DNA from: Nitrososphaerota archaeon
GTDB taxonomy: Archaea; Thermoproteota; Nitrososphaeria_A; Caldarchaeales; Calditenuaceae
DNA: 64,000 nt
NCBI GenBank assembly: GCA_041641295.1
Contig: JBEPYO010000001.1
Location: forward strand, 78,678 to 142,677
Reading direction: 5' to 3'
Translations under genes and position numbers: made by a program
Shown here: positions 29,823-37,965 of the stretch, piece after piece
Numbering within the stretch: the stretch's first letter is position 1
Layout of the letters: each line of letters begins with the position of its first letter
Notes under the pieces: model-generated
What the model saw: the letters and a program-made list of their open reading frames with translations, nothing else
Databases searched by the model: none
What the model was told of the DNA's origin: nothing

Positions 29823-30268
29823 CCGTCCACTTCACCCTTTATTTTTGAGACCACTCTTATACCTTCGATGAAGGTGGTTGGATACTGTCCATTCTCATCC
29901 TTCTCATATTGCTTAACCACGTCCCAGATGTTGAGTAGGGCTGTTGCCACTGCGGTAAGGGCCTCCATTTCCACACCAGTTTTTTCATGAGTCTTCACCC
30001 TTGCCCTGACACCGATTCGTTGAGCCTCCTTCTCGACCCATGCATCTAACTCGACTGCCTCTATCCGGATATTATGGCAGAGTGGTAGTAGCTGTGGAGT
30101 AGTTTTCGCACCCATAACCCCGGCGAGCCTAGCTATGGTGAGGGGATCACCCTTCTCAACCTGGCCTGAGAGAATCTTCTCAATAGTCTCCCTACGAAGC
30201 CTGATATAGCCCTCTGCTATCGCCTCACGATAAGCTACAGGCTTGTCCCCCACATAAATCTGCCTCAA
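29819..30268 (-). CDS. moaC: Cyclic pyranopterin monophosphate synthase MoaC
   Basis: 'KGDPLTIARLAGVMGAKTTPQLLPLCHNIRIEAVELD' matches the MoaC signature. 149 aa. Confidence 0.85.
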   Translation of the reverse strand: MRQIYVGDKPVAYREAIAEGYIRLRRETIEKILSGQVEKGDPLTIARLAGVMGAKTTPQLLPLCHNIRIEAVELDAWVEKEAQRIGVRARVKTHEKTGVEMEALTAVATALLNIWDVVKQYEKDENGQYPTTFIEGIRVVSKIKGEVDG

Positions 30269-30312
30269 TGCCAGAGACTAAACCCATCTACCTGCTTAAA
30301 GACTTTCTGAAC

Positions 30313-31119
30313 TTAGCCCTTCAACGCGGACCGTCTCAAAAGCTGTATCGCGAGGGCGGGGTCAACTCCTTTTGGGCATACTGCGCTGCAAGAACCTGCG
30401 AAGTGGCATCTCCAAACGCCTTCAAACCTGTCTACGAGTCGGACCCTCTCTTCACCACCTTCGTCTCTGCTGTCGGCGTAATATCTGTAGGCTTTCATGA
30501 GGGGCTGTGGCCCGTAGAAATCTGGGAAAGTAGAGACTACTGGGCAGGCCGAGTAGCAGAGCCCACACTGGATACAGTATGTGAATTGGAGGTATCTCTC
30601 CAGCTCCTCCTCACTTTGAAGATACTGCTTAGTTGGATTCTCCTGCTCTACGGTATCACGTCTAATAAGCCAAGTCATCAAGGCCTTTTGCTTTCTGAAT
30701 AGAGGCGTCATATCGGTTACAAGGTCTTTTACGAGGGGGTAGTTACGCATAGGCTCAACCCTTATCGTTCTTCGCCTAAGCTCTAGAACCTGCGTGTGGC
30801 ATGCCAGTGTCTCCACTCCGTTAACCCTCACGCCGCATGAACCGCATATCGCCATCCTACAAGAGTATCTTACCGAAAGCGTGGGGTCTATATTCTCTTT
30901 TATGTAGATGAGGCCGTCGAGAATTGTCATGCCTTTCTTTACCGGGACTTCATACTCCTTGTAGAAGCCTCTTCCCCCGTCCTCTGGCCGGTACCTAAAC
31001 ACCCTAAACTTAACCTTCTCCACCAACTCCCTCACACCAGCGCATGTGCTATCAGTATAGTCCTTGTACCATATACCATTAAGAAAACGCCAACCGCGAC
31101 TAAGAGGGCCTCTACCCAC
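30313..31119 (-). CDS. sdhB: Succinate dehydrogenase / fumarate reductase iron-sulfur subunit. The true start is probably an alternative codon downstream, near 31010, because the first 35 or so residues of the maximal ORF overlap sdhD.
   Basis: 2Fe-2S motif 'CRMAICGSCGVRVNG' and 4Fe-4S motif 'CIQCGLCYSACP'. Confidence 0.8.
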   Translation of the reverse strand: MGRGPLSRGWRFLNGIWYKDYTDSTCAGVRELVEKVKFRVFRYRPEDGGRGFYKEYEVPVKKGMTILDGLIYIKENIDPTLSVRYSCRMAICGSCGVRVNGVETLACHTQVLELRRRTIRVEPMRNYPLVKDLVTDMTPLFRKQKALMTWLIRRDTVEQENPTKQYLQSEEELERYLQFTYCIQCGLCYSACPVVSTFPDFYGPQPLMKAYRYYADSRDEGGEERVRLVDRFEGVWRCHFAGSCSAVCPKGVDPALAIQLLRRSALKG

Positions 31120-31397
31120 CTCTTCCTAGCGCCGATCAGCTCGGCGATGATCGTTCTCAGACCATTCATTGCGTGGACCGTAGTGCAGAGTAGGAGGCCG
31201 AATAGTGAGGCCGCCAATAAGGCATTCCTATACACGGGCAATACTGCGTAGGGGATTGAGTCAAACCTGAGGGTTGTCTCCCAAATAGTGTCTTGGAGGG
31301 GATATGTGAAGAAGACCGTGGCGATGTGTATCGAGCCGAAGACGAGAATCCCTATCCCAGTGATGTAGTGGAGTAGCATCAGATCGCGCTCTTTCAT
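31032..31397 (-). CDS. sdhD: Succinate dehydrogenase membrane anchor subunit, SdhD-like
   Basis: 121 aa with 3 TM segments, sitting between sdhC and sdhB and overlapping sdhC by 4 nt. Confidence 0.55.
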   Translation of the reverse strand: MKERDLMLLHYITGIGILVFGSIHIATVFFTYPLQDTIWETTLRFDSIPYAVLPVYRNALLAASLFGLLLCTTVHAMNGLRTIIAELIGARKRWVEALLVAVGVFLMVYGTRTILIAHALV

Positions 31398-31885
31398 GGT
31401 CTAAACACCCTCGTGAGTGCGTCCAGAGTGTAAAGTAGAGCGAAGACGGCCAGGGATATGCTTAGCCAGAAAAGGGCCCTCTGCTTGGAGCTGAAGGAAG
31501 GAGGAGGTGTGAAGGGCTCCGGCCTCTTTGGGCGGCCCAGCGAAAAACCAAAATGGGCCAGTATTAGGCGGATGCCGTTTATCGTGTGGAAACCCACTAA
31601 AAATCCAATCACGGCAAGGCCCACATCAAATATCGGGTTTTTCAGTAGTTTGACGGTCTCCTCATAAGCCCTCTCAGCAAAACTATATTCAGGGACACTC
31701 CAGACTGTAATTCCGCCGATAAAATTACCAGTCTCTAACACATGGGCGATGAAATACAGAGAGACCACCACCCCGCTCACCCTTTGCAATACATAACTCC
31801 ACCGTTCAAGACCGTATCTTCCAGGGATCAGCATTACCCTCAGTGATTGGATGACTGAGGATCTACTCACACCCCGAGCCAACAT
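31394..31885 (-). CDS. sdhC: Succinate dehydrogenase cytochrome b subunit, SdhC-like
   Basis: 'LQRVSGVVVSLYFIAHV' matches the SdhC haem-ligand helix pattern. 163 aa, 3 TM segments. Confidence 0.6.
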   Translation of the reverse strand: MLARGVSRSSVIQSLRVMLIPGRYGLERWSYVLQRVSGVVVSLYFIAHVLETGNFIGGITVWSVPEYSFAERAYEETVKLLKNPIFDVGLAVIGFLVGFHTINGIRLILAHFGFSLGRPKRPEPFTPPPSFSSKQRALFWLSISLAVFALLYTLDALTRVFRP

Positions 31886-31976
31886 TCCTAGTTCGTATCT
31901 AAGGCTTCAAAAATATTTTTCCAACACGCAGCGCTGAATAGCTAAAATAACACTACCTCACACTCTTAATGGGGAG

Positions 31977-32816
31977 TTGGAGTCTTCCTTAAAGACAACC
32001 AGGCTAGTTATGGCCGTCGTAGAGATTAGGGATGAGACAGACGTGTGCAAAACCTACAAGTTTGTGAGCGCGCTCAACCAAGACATCTTCCCCTACCTGC
32101 CAGGCCAAGACGTAAAACTATACTTCGACACCCCACTCAAGAAGAACGACTTTAGACTCTACTCGATAGCGTCCCCGCCCACCAGGAAAGGATACATGGA
32201 GCTGACAATTAAGAGCGAGCAAGGACAGTTTGCACCCTACTTTCTATCCCAAGCGAAGGTAGGCGACCAGTATGTTATCGAGGGCCCATACGGCCGTTTT
32301 CTGAGCAAACCACTCAAAATGATTGAGAACAAGGAGCTCGACACACTAGTGTTCCTCGCGTCCTCGAGCGGCATAGTTCCCTTCCGCTGCTTCATAGAAT
32401 ACGCAATCGATACCGGGCTAGACGTAGACATTTGGCTATTCTACGTAAACCGCACACGTAATGACTTGATCTACCGCCGCCTATTACCTACCCTAATGGA
32501 GCAGTACCCGAGACTCAGGCTGCTATTAAACTTCACTAGGGAGCATGAGATCGCTAAAACAGAGCTCTACGAATCGGTCTGTAATGTGAGGGATGAGATA
32601 AGGGACAGGGTTGATTTCCTGCTTGGTAGGCGGCTAGAGTTTAGCGATATCGCATCGAGGGTTGATAAGTGGAGGGATGCATGGTACGGGATATGCGGAG
32701 GAGCAAAGTTTATCGCGGGTGATAGACAGCTGGGGCAGGACGGGATGATGCAGAAGATTGAGAAAGGTGGTGTTGAAAGGAGTAGAATCGAGATCGACTC
32801 CTATGGAACCAACTAA
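31977..32816 (+). CDS. Ferredoxin-NADP+ reductase-like oxidoreductase with FAD-binding and NAD(P)-binding domains
   Basis: FAD motif 'FRLYSIASPP' (RxYS) followed by a GxxS/NAD-binding region. 279 aa. Confidence 0.55.
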   Translation: MESSLKTTRLVMAVVEIRDETDVCKTYKFVSALNQDIFPYLPGQDVKLYFDTPLKKNDFRLYSIASPPTRKGYMELTIKSEQGQFAPYFLSQAKVGDQYVIEGPYGRFLSKPLKMIENKELDTLVFLASSSGIVPFRCFIEYAIDTGLDVDIWLFYVNRTRNDLIYRRLLPTLMEQYPRLRLLLNFTREHEIAKTELYESVCNVRDEIRDRVDFLLGRRLEFSDIASRVDKWRDAWYGICGGAKFIAGDRQLGQDGMMQKIEKGGVERSRIEIDSYGTN

Positions 32817-32836
32817 AACGGCTTAGAGCGTATTTC

Positions 32837-33727
32837 TCATGCTGTAAGTCTTCCGTAAAGTGTTTTTATTCCCAACCAAGTCGATAATAGTTCCCCGAAT
32901 AGATATGTTGCCGCGGCAGTCCCGAGTGTTAGCGCGATATTCGTTATGATTTCCTTACGAGAATCTACGTCTCGTACAACAGCCCCGTAATACGTAAAGC
33001 CGGCTATTAGAGTTATTGAAACGGCTATAGAGGCTGTAAAGGCGATGAATATGTCGGATGTCAAGAAGAATGGCAGGGCTTGGAGAATGACGGTTGAGAT
33101 GTAGGTTATCCCAGTTAGTAATGCCGCCCTAAAAGGAACTATAGCTGGTGTTTGTTTTGCTTGAAGGTAGACAGCTACCCCCATTGATATTGAGGCTGCA
33201 AACCCGACGACAAGACCGGCCATGCCCGCCAGAATGGTCACATTGGTGGCGCCCAAAAAGCCTGCATGAACCCCGCTGATCTCGATTATGGCGTCTGCGA
33301 GTCCTAAAACCACGTAGCCCAAGTATTTGATGATATTCTCTTCAATCTGTCCGATGAGCATTTTTTCATGCTCCTCTTCTTCCCTCATTATGTGGAAGAG
33401 TGTCTCCCTCTCCTTAGGGGGGAGGGCGTCGCTGAGCTCGCGATACCATCTTACAACCGACCTCTCGTGCCTTTCCAAGAGCCTTGTTATGAAGACTAGG
33501 CCCAGCAGTCTTCTGAGTGTTATCATTAGTCCGATCCTAAGCCTTGAAGGGGGCTTAGGCTGATAATTTGTGAGTTGAAGCCAGAACATGTAGTGCTCGT
33601 ATTCTTTTTTGGAGAGGTTTGAGAGTATCTCTCTACGGGTAGTATCCCTCTCTGCATCCGCGAGAGACCTATATATGACGTAGTCTTTGAATTCGTCTAC
33701 AACATACTTCTTAAGCTCTGACTTCAA
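32837..33727 (-). CDS. Ferritin-like domain fused to a VIT1/CCC1-family iron transporter domain
   Basis: N-terminal soluble helical domain, then a C-terminal membrane domain with the VIT motif 'LGLADAIIEISGVHAGFLGA'. 296 aa. Confidence 0.6.
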   Translation of the reverse strand: MKSELKKYVVDEFKDYVIYRSLADAERDTTRREILSNLSKKEYEHYMFWLQLTNYQPKPPSRLRIGLMITLRRLLGLVFITRLLERHERSVVRWYRELSDALPPKERETLFHIMREEEEHEKMLIGQIEENIIKYLGYVVLGLADAIIEISGVHAGFLGATNVTILAGMAGLVVGFAASISMGVAVYLQAKQTPAIVPFRAALLTGITYISTVILQALPFFLTSDIFIAFTASIAVSITLIAGFTYYGAVVRDVDSRKEIITNIALTLGTAAATYLFGELLSTWLGIKTLYGRLTA

Positions 33728-33790
33728 CTATTTCTGAAAAGATGCGAGGTATAATTTTTATATTGCTTCCACAGATGAGCTGCTCAGAAG

Positions 33791-34249
33791 ATGCCTCACT
33801 GGGAGTACTCTGTGAAAGGACTTGACCCAGCTACGTCGGTCAAAGCCTCTCTTAGGGAGGTTGATTTATCTCCTAAGTGGAGTCGGGAGGTCTGTGCCGC
33901 AATAAAGGGGCTGAAGCTCAAAGAAGCCAGGAGGCTTCTTGAGGACGTGGTGAAGAGGAAGAGGATGATACCATACCGGCGATATAGGAAGCTGAGGGCG
34001 CATCACTCCCAGACAAAAGGGCCTGGCGGATATCCCGTCAAGGTTGCCAAGCATCTACTAAAGCTCTTAGACTCTCTAGAAGCTAACGCCGAGTTCAAAG
34101 GCCTAGACACTGACAGGCTAGTGCTGGTGCACGCTCAGGCTCATAAGGCCAGGGTGATCAAGAAGTTTTTCCCGAGGGCCTTCGGCAGGGCGACACCACA
34201 TAACAGGACATTTGTTCACATCGAGGTTGCGGCGGTCCAAGCGCCTTGA
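33791..34249 (+). CDS. rpl22: 50S ribosomal protein L22 (uL22)
   Basis: 'ASLREVDLSPKWSREVCAAIKGLKLKEARRLLEDVV', 152 aa. Confidence 0.85.
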   Translation: MPHWEYSVKGLDPATSVKASLREVDLSPKWSREVCAAIKGLKLKEARRLLEDVVKRKRMIPYRRYRKLRAHHSQTKGPGGYPVKVAKHLLKLLDSLEANAEFKGLDTDRLVLVHAQAHKARVIKKFFPRAFGRATPHNRTFVHIEVAAVQAP

Positions 34250-34304
34250 ACCTTTTCCCCGGGATCAATCCTTAAATAGAGTAGGAAATGCACAATGATG
34301 TAGA

Positions 34305-34928
34305 TTGGTCACTACAACGGCGAAGATCCTTCAGAAGAATATCAAGCGTGCTGAGGTAATAGAGTTTATCAAGAATCGTCTGAAGGACGCCCTTATTGGC
34401 GACGTGTCAATAACAACCTCACCGATTGGGACAAACATTATAATCTACTGCATGAAGCCCGGCCTCGTTATAGGGACACGAGGTAAAACGATAAAGTCTC
34501 TCCAAGAGGAGGTTGAGAAGAGGTTTGGTCTCGAGAATGTTCAGATTTCTGTCTCTGAGATTGAGGTCCCTGAGCTTAACCCTGAGGTTATGGCTCAGAG
34601 GATAGCTCAGGCCATTGCGAGCGGGGTTCGGTGGAGGAGAGTTGCCTTCTGGGCTCTAAGGAGGATAATGGACGCTGGGGCGATAGGCGCAGAGACGATA
34701 ATATCTGGTAAGCTAACCTCGGCCCGTTCAAGGTCGGAGAAATTCACCGCCGGGCTTATGCCCAAGTCCGGCGAGTTTGCAAAATATGTTCGGGTGGGGG
34801 TAGCTCATGTCCAGCTTGCTACAGGAATATACGGCGTGAAGGTTAAAATATATCCGCCTGACGCCCCCCTGCCTGAACAAGTATCTGTATCTGTGAAAAA
34901 GGAAGCAGAGGAATCCGGTGGTGGGTGA
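34305..34928 (+). CDS. rps3: 30S ribosomal protein S3 (uS3), with a TTG start
   Basis: KH domain 'MKPGLVIGTRGKTIKSLQEEVEKRFG', 207 aa. Confidence 0.85.
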   Translation: MVTTTAKILQKNIKRAEVIEFIKNRLKDALIGDVSITTSPIGTNIIIYCMKPGLVIGTRGKTIKSLQEEVEKRFGLENVQISVSEIEVPELNPEVMAQRIAQAIASGVRWRRVAFWALRRIMDAGAIGAETIISGKLTSARSRSEKFTAGLMPKSGEFAKYVRVGVAHVQLATGIYGVKVKIYPPDAPLPEQVSVSVKKEAEESGGG

Positions 34929-35137
34929 GTATGGTGAGGGAGGTTAGGGAGCTGAGGGAGAAGAGTGTTGATGAGCTGAGGGAGGAGCTTGAGGCTGCGC
35001 GTACAGAACTCCGTAACCTCAAAGTCAAGCTATCTATGGCGGGACAAGGAGAAAACACTTCAAACATCCGAAATCTCAAGAGGAGAATAGCGAGGATACT
35101 GACAATACTCAAGGAAAAACAGCTTGAAAAGAAGTAA
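34925..35137 (+). CDS. rpl29: 50S ribosomal protein L29 (uL29)
   Basis: 'LREKSVDELREELEAARTELRNLKVKLSMAGQ'. 70 aa, overlapping the rps3 stop by 4 nt. Confidence 0.85.
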   Translation: MSMVREVRELREKSVDELREELEAARTELRNLKVKLSMAGQGENTSNIRNLKRRIARILTILKEKQLEKK

Positions 35138-35399
35138 AAGAATAGTTTCGCTTATCGGATACCACTGCACAGTGATTAAAAAGTCTGGCAGTAGTCGTTT
35201 CGAGGGCCTTATAGTAGGGGAGACCGCTAACACTGTTTTATTACAAACTTGGAAGGGCCTGAAGCGGATCCCTAAGAGGGAGCATCTTTTCGAGGTCGTG
35301 GTTGGGGGTGTGAAGTTTATCGCTAATGGGGAGGATCTGGTGGGAAGACCTGCACAGAATCTTAAACGGATTAGGCATAACTGGCTTAAACGCTCCTAA
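35124..35399 (+). CDS. rnp1: RNase P protein component 1 (Rpp29/Pop4 homologue)
   Basis: 91 aa with 'FEGLIVGETANTVLLQT...KRIPK', at the canonical position between L29 and S17. Confidence 0.7.
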   Translation: MKRSKRIVSLIGYHCTVIKKSGSSRFEGLIVGETANTVLLQTWKGLKRIPKREHLFEVVVGGVKFIANGEDLVGRPAQNLKRIRHNWLKRS

Positions 35400-35474
35400 C
35401 GGGGGTAGAGTCCGAGCGTTTATCCTTATTAAAACGGATATTGTTCTGATTTGTAAAAGGCTGGCTGAGCAGAA

Positions 35475-35828
35475 ATGTCGGGGAGACAGGTTGCGAACAT
35501 AGGCATCGAAGTTAAGCCCCCACAGGGAGAGTGTGATGACGAGAACTGCCCATTTCACGGCTCACTGAGGGTACGGGGCATAATTCTCACCGGGAGGGTT
35601 CATAAAAAGCTAATGCACAAGGCTATAGTCGTGGAGAGGATCATAACTATTTACGTCAAGAAGTATAAGCGATACATGAGGAGGCGGTCAAGGATCTCGG
35701 CACACTTACCACCCTGCATTAATGTAGAGGTAGGCGATATTGTGAGGATTGCGGAGACTAGGCCTATCTCGAAGACCATCAGTTTTGTTGTTATTGAAAA
35801 CTTGGGGAGGGGTGGGGTAAGTGTCTAA
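35475..35828 (+). CDS. rps17: 30S ribosomal protein S17 (uS17)
   Basis: 'NCPFHGSLRVRGIILTGRVHKKLMHKAIVVE...VEVGDIVRIAETRPISKTISFVV'. Confidence 0.85.
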   Translation: MSGRQVANIGIEVKPPQGECDDENCPFHGSLRVRGIILTGRVHKKLMHKAIVVERIITIYVKKYKRYMRRRSRISAHLPPCINVEVGDIVRIAETRPISKTISFVVIENLGRGGVSV

Positions 35829-36255
35829 GCGGTCTAGGGCTGTTGCTGAGGTAGGTGTTCTGCTTCGGAGACCAAACATACCTAGGACCATCAATAAGGG
35901 AGCTTACGTGCTGTGTGCGGATAACACGGGGGCGCAGGTTCTCAAGGTAATTCAGGTGATTGGGCTTAAACAGAGGCTGCGAAGACAGCCAGCCGCGGGG
36001 GTAGGCGACCTAGTGGCAGTAACTGTGAAGAAAGGGCCTATCGACTTGAGGAAGAAGGTGATGCACGCCGTCATCATTAGGCAGAAAAAGCCCTACAGGC
36101 GTCCAGACGGGACTTGGATAGCGTTCGAGGACACTGCAGCTGTCCTTGTAACGCCTGAGGGAGATGTGAAGGGGTCTGAGATTAAGGGGCCGGTTGCCCG
36201 CGAGGCGGCTGAGAGATGGTCAAAGATCGCAAATATTGCATCGATAATAGTGTGA
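35821..36255 (+). CDS. rpl14: 50S ribosomal protein L14 (uL14), with a GTG start
   Basis: 'GAYVLCADNTGAQVLKVIQVIG', 144 aa. Confidence 0.85.
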   Translation: MSKRSRAVAEVGVLLRRPNIPRTINKGAYVLCADNTGAQVLKVIQVIGLKQRLRRQPAAGVGDLVAVTVKKGPIDLRKKVMHAVIIRQKKPYRRPDGTWIAFEDTAAVLVTPEGDVKGSEIKGPVAREAAERWSKIANIASIIV

Positions 36256-36262
36256 TGGTGAG

Positions 36263-36631
36263 ATGATGAAGCAGGTATCCCAACCAAAAGATCCTTCCAA
36301 GCAAAGGCTCATGCTACATAATGCACCCAAGCATATCCTCCCCAAGCTAATGTCAGCTCACCTCTCTAAGGAATTGAGGGAAAAGTATGGGAGGCGGTCT
36401 CTCCCACTCAGGGTGGGGGATACGGTGAAAGTGATGCGTGGTGAGTATAGTGGTGTTCAGGGAAAGGTTAAAAGAGTCAACAGAGAGAGGCAAGTGGTGT
36501 ATATTGAGGGGCTTACGAGGAAGCGCGCCGATGGAAGGGTTGTCGACATACCTGTCCACGCATCAAATCTAATGATTATAGCGTTGAATCTCGACGATAA
36601 GCTTAGGAAGGAGAAGTTGGGTGAGGGGTAG
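36263..36631 (+). CDS. rpl24: 50S ribosomal protein L24 (uL24)
   Basis: KOW motif 'LRVGDTVKVMRGEYSGVQGKVKRVN' and 'LMSAHLSKELREKYG'. Confidence 0.85.
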   Translation: MMKQVSQPKDPSKQRLMLHNAPKHILPKLMSAHLSKELREKYGRRSLPLRVGDTVKVMRGEYSGVQGKVKRVNRERQVVYIEGLTRKRADGRVVDIPVHASNLMIIALNLDDKLRKEKLGEG

Positions 36632-36637
36632 GGGGGC

Positions 36638-37354
36638 ATGCATCTGAAGAGACTTGCCGCACCAAGTGTTTACAAAATTCCTAGGAAGGGATACAAGTTT
36701 GCGCCGAGACCAAAGCCTGGCAGGCATCCGTTAGAGGCGTCCATCCCGCTCGCGGTTATAGTTAGGGATTATCTGGGGGTTGCGGCAACTTATGCTGAGG
36801 CGAAGAAAATTGTCCACTTAGGCAAGGTCCTAGTTGATGGGGAGGTTATAACTGAGCCGAGGTTTGGAGTAGGCCTTATGGACGTAATATCAATTCCTTC
36901 ACTTGGGAAGACATTTCGTGTCCTACCCCGATTTAAACGGGGGCTCGAACTCTTGGAGATAGGTGAGGATGAGGCGACGATTAAGCCTTGCCAGGTGAAG
37001 CGTAAACAGCATGTAAACGGTGGCTATATCCAGTTTACTCTCCACGATGGTAGGAATCTTCAGTTCCCGCCCAACAGCCCAGAGGTCAGCTCGATAAAGA
37101 CTGGTGATACATTTGTGATAGAGTTGCCGAGTCAGGCTGTGAAGGGAGTTATCAAGAGGGTTGAGGGTGCATACTGCCTGATTACCTCGGGTTCTAGGAT
37201 GGGGCTTCACGGGAGGCTTATCTCAATGGATGCTGAGAGAAGATATCCCGCTAAGAGGCACGCGGTCATAGAGTCTAGCATGGGCAGGATAACCACTATA
37301 CTCGACTACTTCATGCCTGTTGGTGAGGATAAGCCATGGATAGCGCTATTCTAG
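36638..37354 (+). CDS. rps4e: 30S ribosomal protein S4e
   Basis: 'MHLKRLAAPSVYKIPRKGYKFAPRPKPGRHP', 238 aa. Confidence 0.9.
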   Translation: MHLKRLAAPSVYKIPRKGYKFAPRPKPGRHPLEASIPLAVIVRDYLGVAATYAEAKKIVHLGKVLVDGEVITEPRFGVGLMDVISIPSLGKTFRVLPRFKRGLELLEIGEDEATIKPCQVKRKQHVNGGYIQFTLHDGRNLQFPPNSPEVSSIKTGDTFVIELPSQAVKGVIKRVEGAYCLITSGSRMGLHGRLISMDAERRYPAKRHAVIESSMGRITTILDYFMPVGEDKPWIALF

Positions 37355-37860
37355 AGAACCCAATGCGTAGAATCAGGGTCAGCAAGGTGGTTGTCAACTC
37401 TTCCATAGGAGAGGGTGGAGTAAAGCTAGAGCGTGCGGTAAAGATACTCGAGATGTTGACCGGCCAGAAGCCTTCAGTCAGAAAGGCGAAGAAGACAATC
37501 CGCGGATTTGGTATTAGGAAGGGAGAGCCGATTGCCGCGGTAGTTACGCTGCGGGGTGTGAGGGCAGTAGAGTTTCTCAGAAAGGCCCTCGCGGCAGTAG
37601 GTAATAGACTATCCCGCGACAATTTCGATGAATACGGAAACTTTGCTTTTGGCATAAAAGAGCACCTCGAGTTTCCAGGTACGAGGTACGATCCCGAACT
37701 GGGGATAATCGGGATGGATGTTATAGTGCATCTGGCTAGGCCTGGGCTGAGGGTTTCAACGCGACGGATTAAACGGTCGCGGATTGGCAAATCTCACAGG
37801 CTTACACGGGAGGAAGGTATAGAGTTCGTTAGAAACGAGTTTGGAACTCAGATAGACTAA
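37336..37860 (+). CDS. rpl5: 50S ribosomal protein L5 (uL5)
   Basis: 'ENPMRRIRVSKVVVNSSIGEGG', 174 aa. Confidence 0.9.
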   Translation: MDSAILENPMRRIRVSKVVVNSSIGEGGVKLERAVKILEMLTGQKPSVRKAKKTIRGFGIRKGEPIAAVVTLRGVRAVEFLRKALAAVGNRLSRDNFDEYGNFAFGIKEHLEFPGTRYDPELGIIGMDVIVHLARPGLRVSTRRIKRSRIGKSHRLTREEGIEFVRNEFGTQID

Positions 37861-37965
37861 GGATTCTTTATACGCTCGGAGTATCTGGGGTTAGCTTGTA
37901 GTCTCTTATCTGGACTTTTTGCCAACTGATATATACGGCGATGCATAGTGGCCTAAAGCAGACGC

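Noticed and set aside
30268-30702. 144-aa plus-strand ORF
   Set aside because: Overlaps the moaC/sdhB region on the opposite strand. The flanking well-supported genes leave no room for it.
36245-36265. 'GTGATGGTGAGATGATGA' C-box-like run
   Set aside because: It lies at the L14/L24 junction within coding sequence, with no appropriately spaced CTGA D box.
37311-37790. 159-aa minus-strand ORF
   Set aside because: Antisense to rpl5, with no independent support.
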